The notes beneath the pieces were generated by a model, which was not told the origin of the DNA, did no database searches, and was given only the letters and a program-made list of their open reading frames with translations. A stretch of DNA of 64,000 bases. Origin: Heterodontus francisci (lineage: Eukaryota). Where the stretch lies: contig NC_090390.1 of assembly GCF_036365525.1 (NCBI RefSeq), positions 86,208,252 through 86,272,251 on the forward strand, written 5' to 3'. Position numbers and translations under genes: made by a program. Below, one piece after another: positions 62,580 to 64,000 of this stretch (position 1 is its first letter; every line of letters starts with the position of its first letter).

Positions 62580-63282
62580 ATATATAGTTTATATTAAACC
62601 TGCAACGTGTGGTCTCTTAACCTGCAGGCTGCATGAGCAGTCTCACTGGCAGAGGAGCCCTGTGTTCCAGTAGCTCTAATGATTTCAGACCCCCCTGGAA
62701 GCCAACATATGGCTACCTGACTATGGGGGAGGACAACAAATTTAACAAGTCGTCACTCTCTTTTTCTACCTGTTCAATGTCCCAGTTTCCTTAATTGATA
62801 AAGTATTCAATTTTTTTCCTAAGTTATTTGTTTCTAGTGCTGATGATCAGGGGGATGAGGCAGGGGAAAGTTACTGAGCCTGACAGTCTGAAAGTTCTCA
62901 ATTGGGCACTGTATCCCAGATGGGTCAGTGCTTCAAGGACGGGAAGGTGAGAAAAATCAGACGTTAATCCTCCTGCCACCCATCACCAGGTGACGTAATT
63001 CATCCAACTCTCAATACTCGCCACTTCTGGTGTACCTATAAATGAAAGGATTTAGTTTGTTTAAATCATCCTGTGATGACACGTGGTCTGCAATTATGTA
63101 ACACCCAGACACAGTCTGTGTTTTTGATCAGATGTTTAGGTTTTTATGACTGATTGCCTCTAAAAGGTATAAAAGGTTGCAGGATTACCTCGGTTTGACA
63201 AGGCAGTCGTAGATACGTGCCAGTCTTTGAGCGAGTTTATAATTGATCTCTGCTGCCTCTACTCTCATTGACAACGTAATCT

Positions 63283-63985
63283 TAGAATCATAGAAAGTTT
63301 AAGGCACAGAAAGAGGCCACTCGGCCCATCGTGTCTGTGCCGGCCGATAAACGATCCATCTATTTTAATCCCACCTTCCAGCATTTGGTCCATAGCCCTG
63401 CAGCTGACAGCACTTGAGGTGCATATCCAGACTCCTTTTGAATGAGTTGAGGGTTTCTGCCTCAACTATCCTTTCAGGCAGTGAGTTCCAGACCATCACC
63501 ACCTTCTGGGTGAAAAAGTTTTTCCTCATCTCCCCTCTAATTTTTCTACCAATCACTTTAAATCTGTGCCCCCTCGTCACTGACCTCTCTGCTAAGGTGA
63601 ATAGACCCTTCACTTCCATTCTAGCCAGGCCCCTCAAAATTTTGTACATTTCAATCAGATCTCCCCTCAGCCTTCTCTGTTCCAAGGAGAACAACCCCAG
63701 CCTATCCAATCTTTCTTCATAGCTGCATTTTTCAAGTCCTGGCAACATCCTCGTAAATCTCCTCTCTAGTGCAATTACATCCTTTCTGTAATGAGGTGGT
63801 CAGAACTGCACACAGTACTCAAACTGTGGCCTAACCAATGAGTTATACAGTTCTAGCATAACCTCCCTGCTCTTATATTCTATACCGCGGCTAATAAAGG
63901 AAAGAATTCCACATGCCATCTTAACCACCTTATTGACCTGTCCTGCTACCTTCAGGGATCTGTGGACATTCACTCCAAGGTCCGT
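63283..63985 (-). mobile_element. CR1 3' fragment
   Basis: ORF 63365-63748 [22 protein letters not shown]. Confidence 0.9.
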
Positions 63986-64000
63986 TAATGGGGGATGAAA

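Overview
Eukaryotic, repeat-dense genomic DNA. The repeat families point to a cartilaginous fish (elasmobranch). Two host genes lie head-to-head around a small CpG-rich promoter at about 35.7-36.2 kb. POLL (DNA polymerase lambda, minus strand) has five coding exons in the window (409 codons; ATG 31386 to exon end 15375); its catalytic exons were not found here and presumably lie beyond position 1. DPCD (plus strand) is complete, with six coding exons (36158-62270, 203 aa). Introns are filled with CR1 LINEs carrying an SGNH-esterase ORF1 (including a three-level nest), L2 remnants, HE1/V-type and Deu-type SINEs, hAT and Harbinger-type DNA elements, and Penelope-like ends bearing minimal hammerhead-ribozyme motifs. 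The most unusual signal is a second LINE family whose 5' end is a tRNA-like Pol III promoter running directly into the endonuclease ORF. Its sense strand, reconstructed from several copies, has essentially no TTTT terminator over about 3.3 kb, which suggests a Pol III-transcribed protein-coding retroelement. Also notable is a 33-bp x ~84 minisatellite that grew inside a single SINE copy. Almost all ORFs in the supplied track are transposon fragments or repeat artefacts. Repeat boundaries are approximate and family names come from recognition, not database searches.
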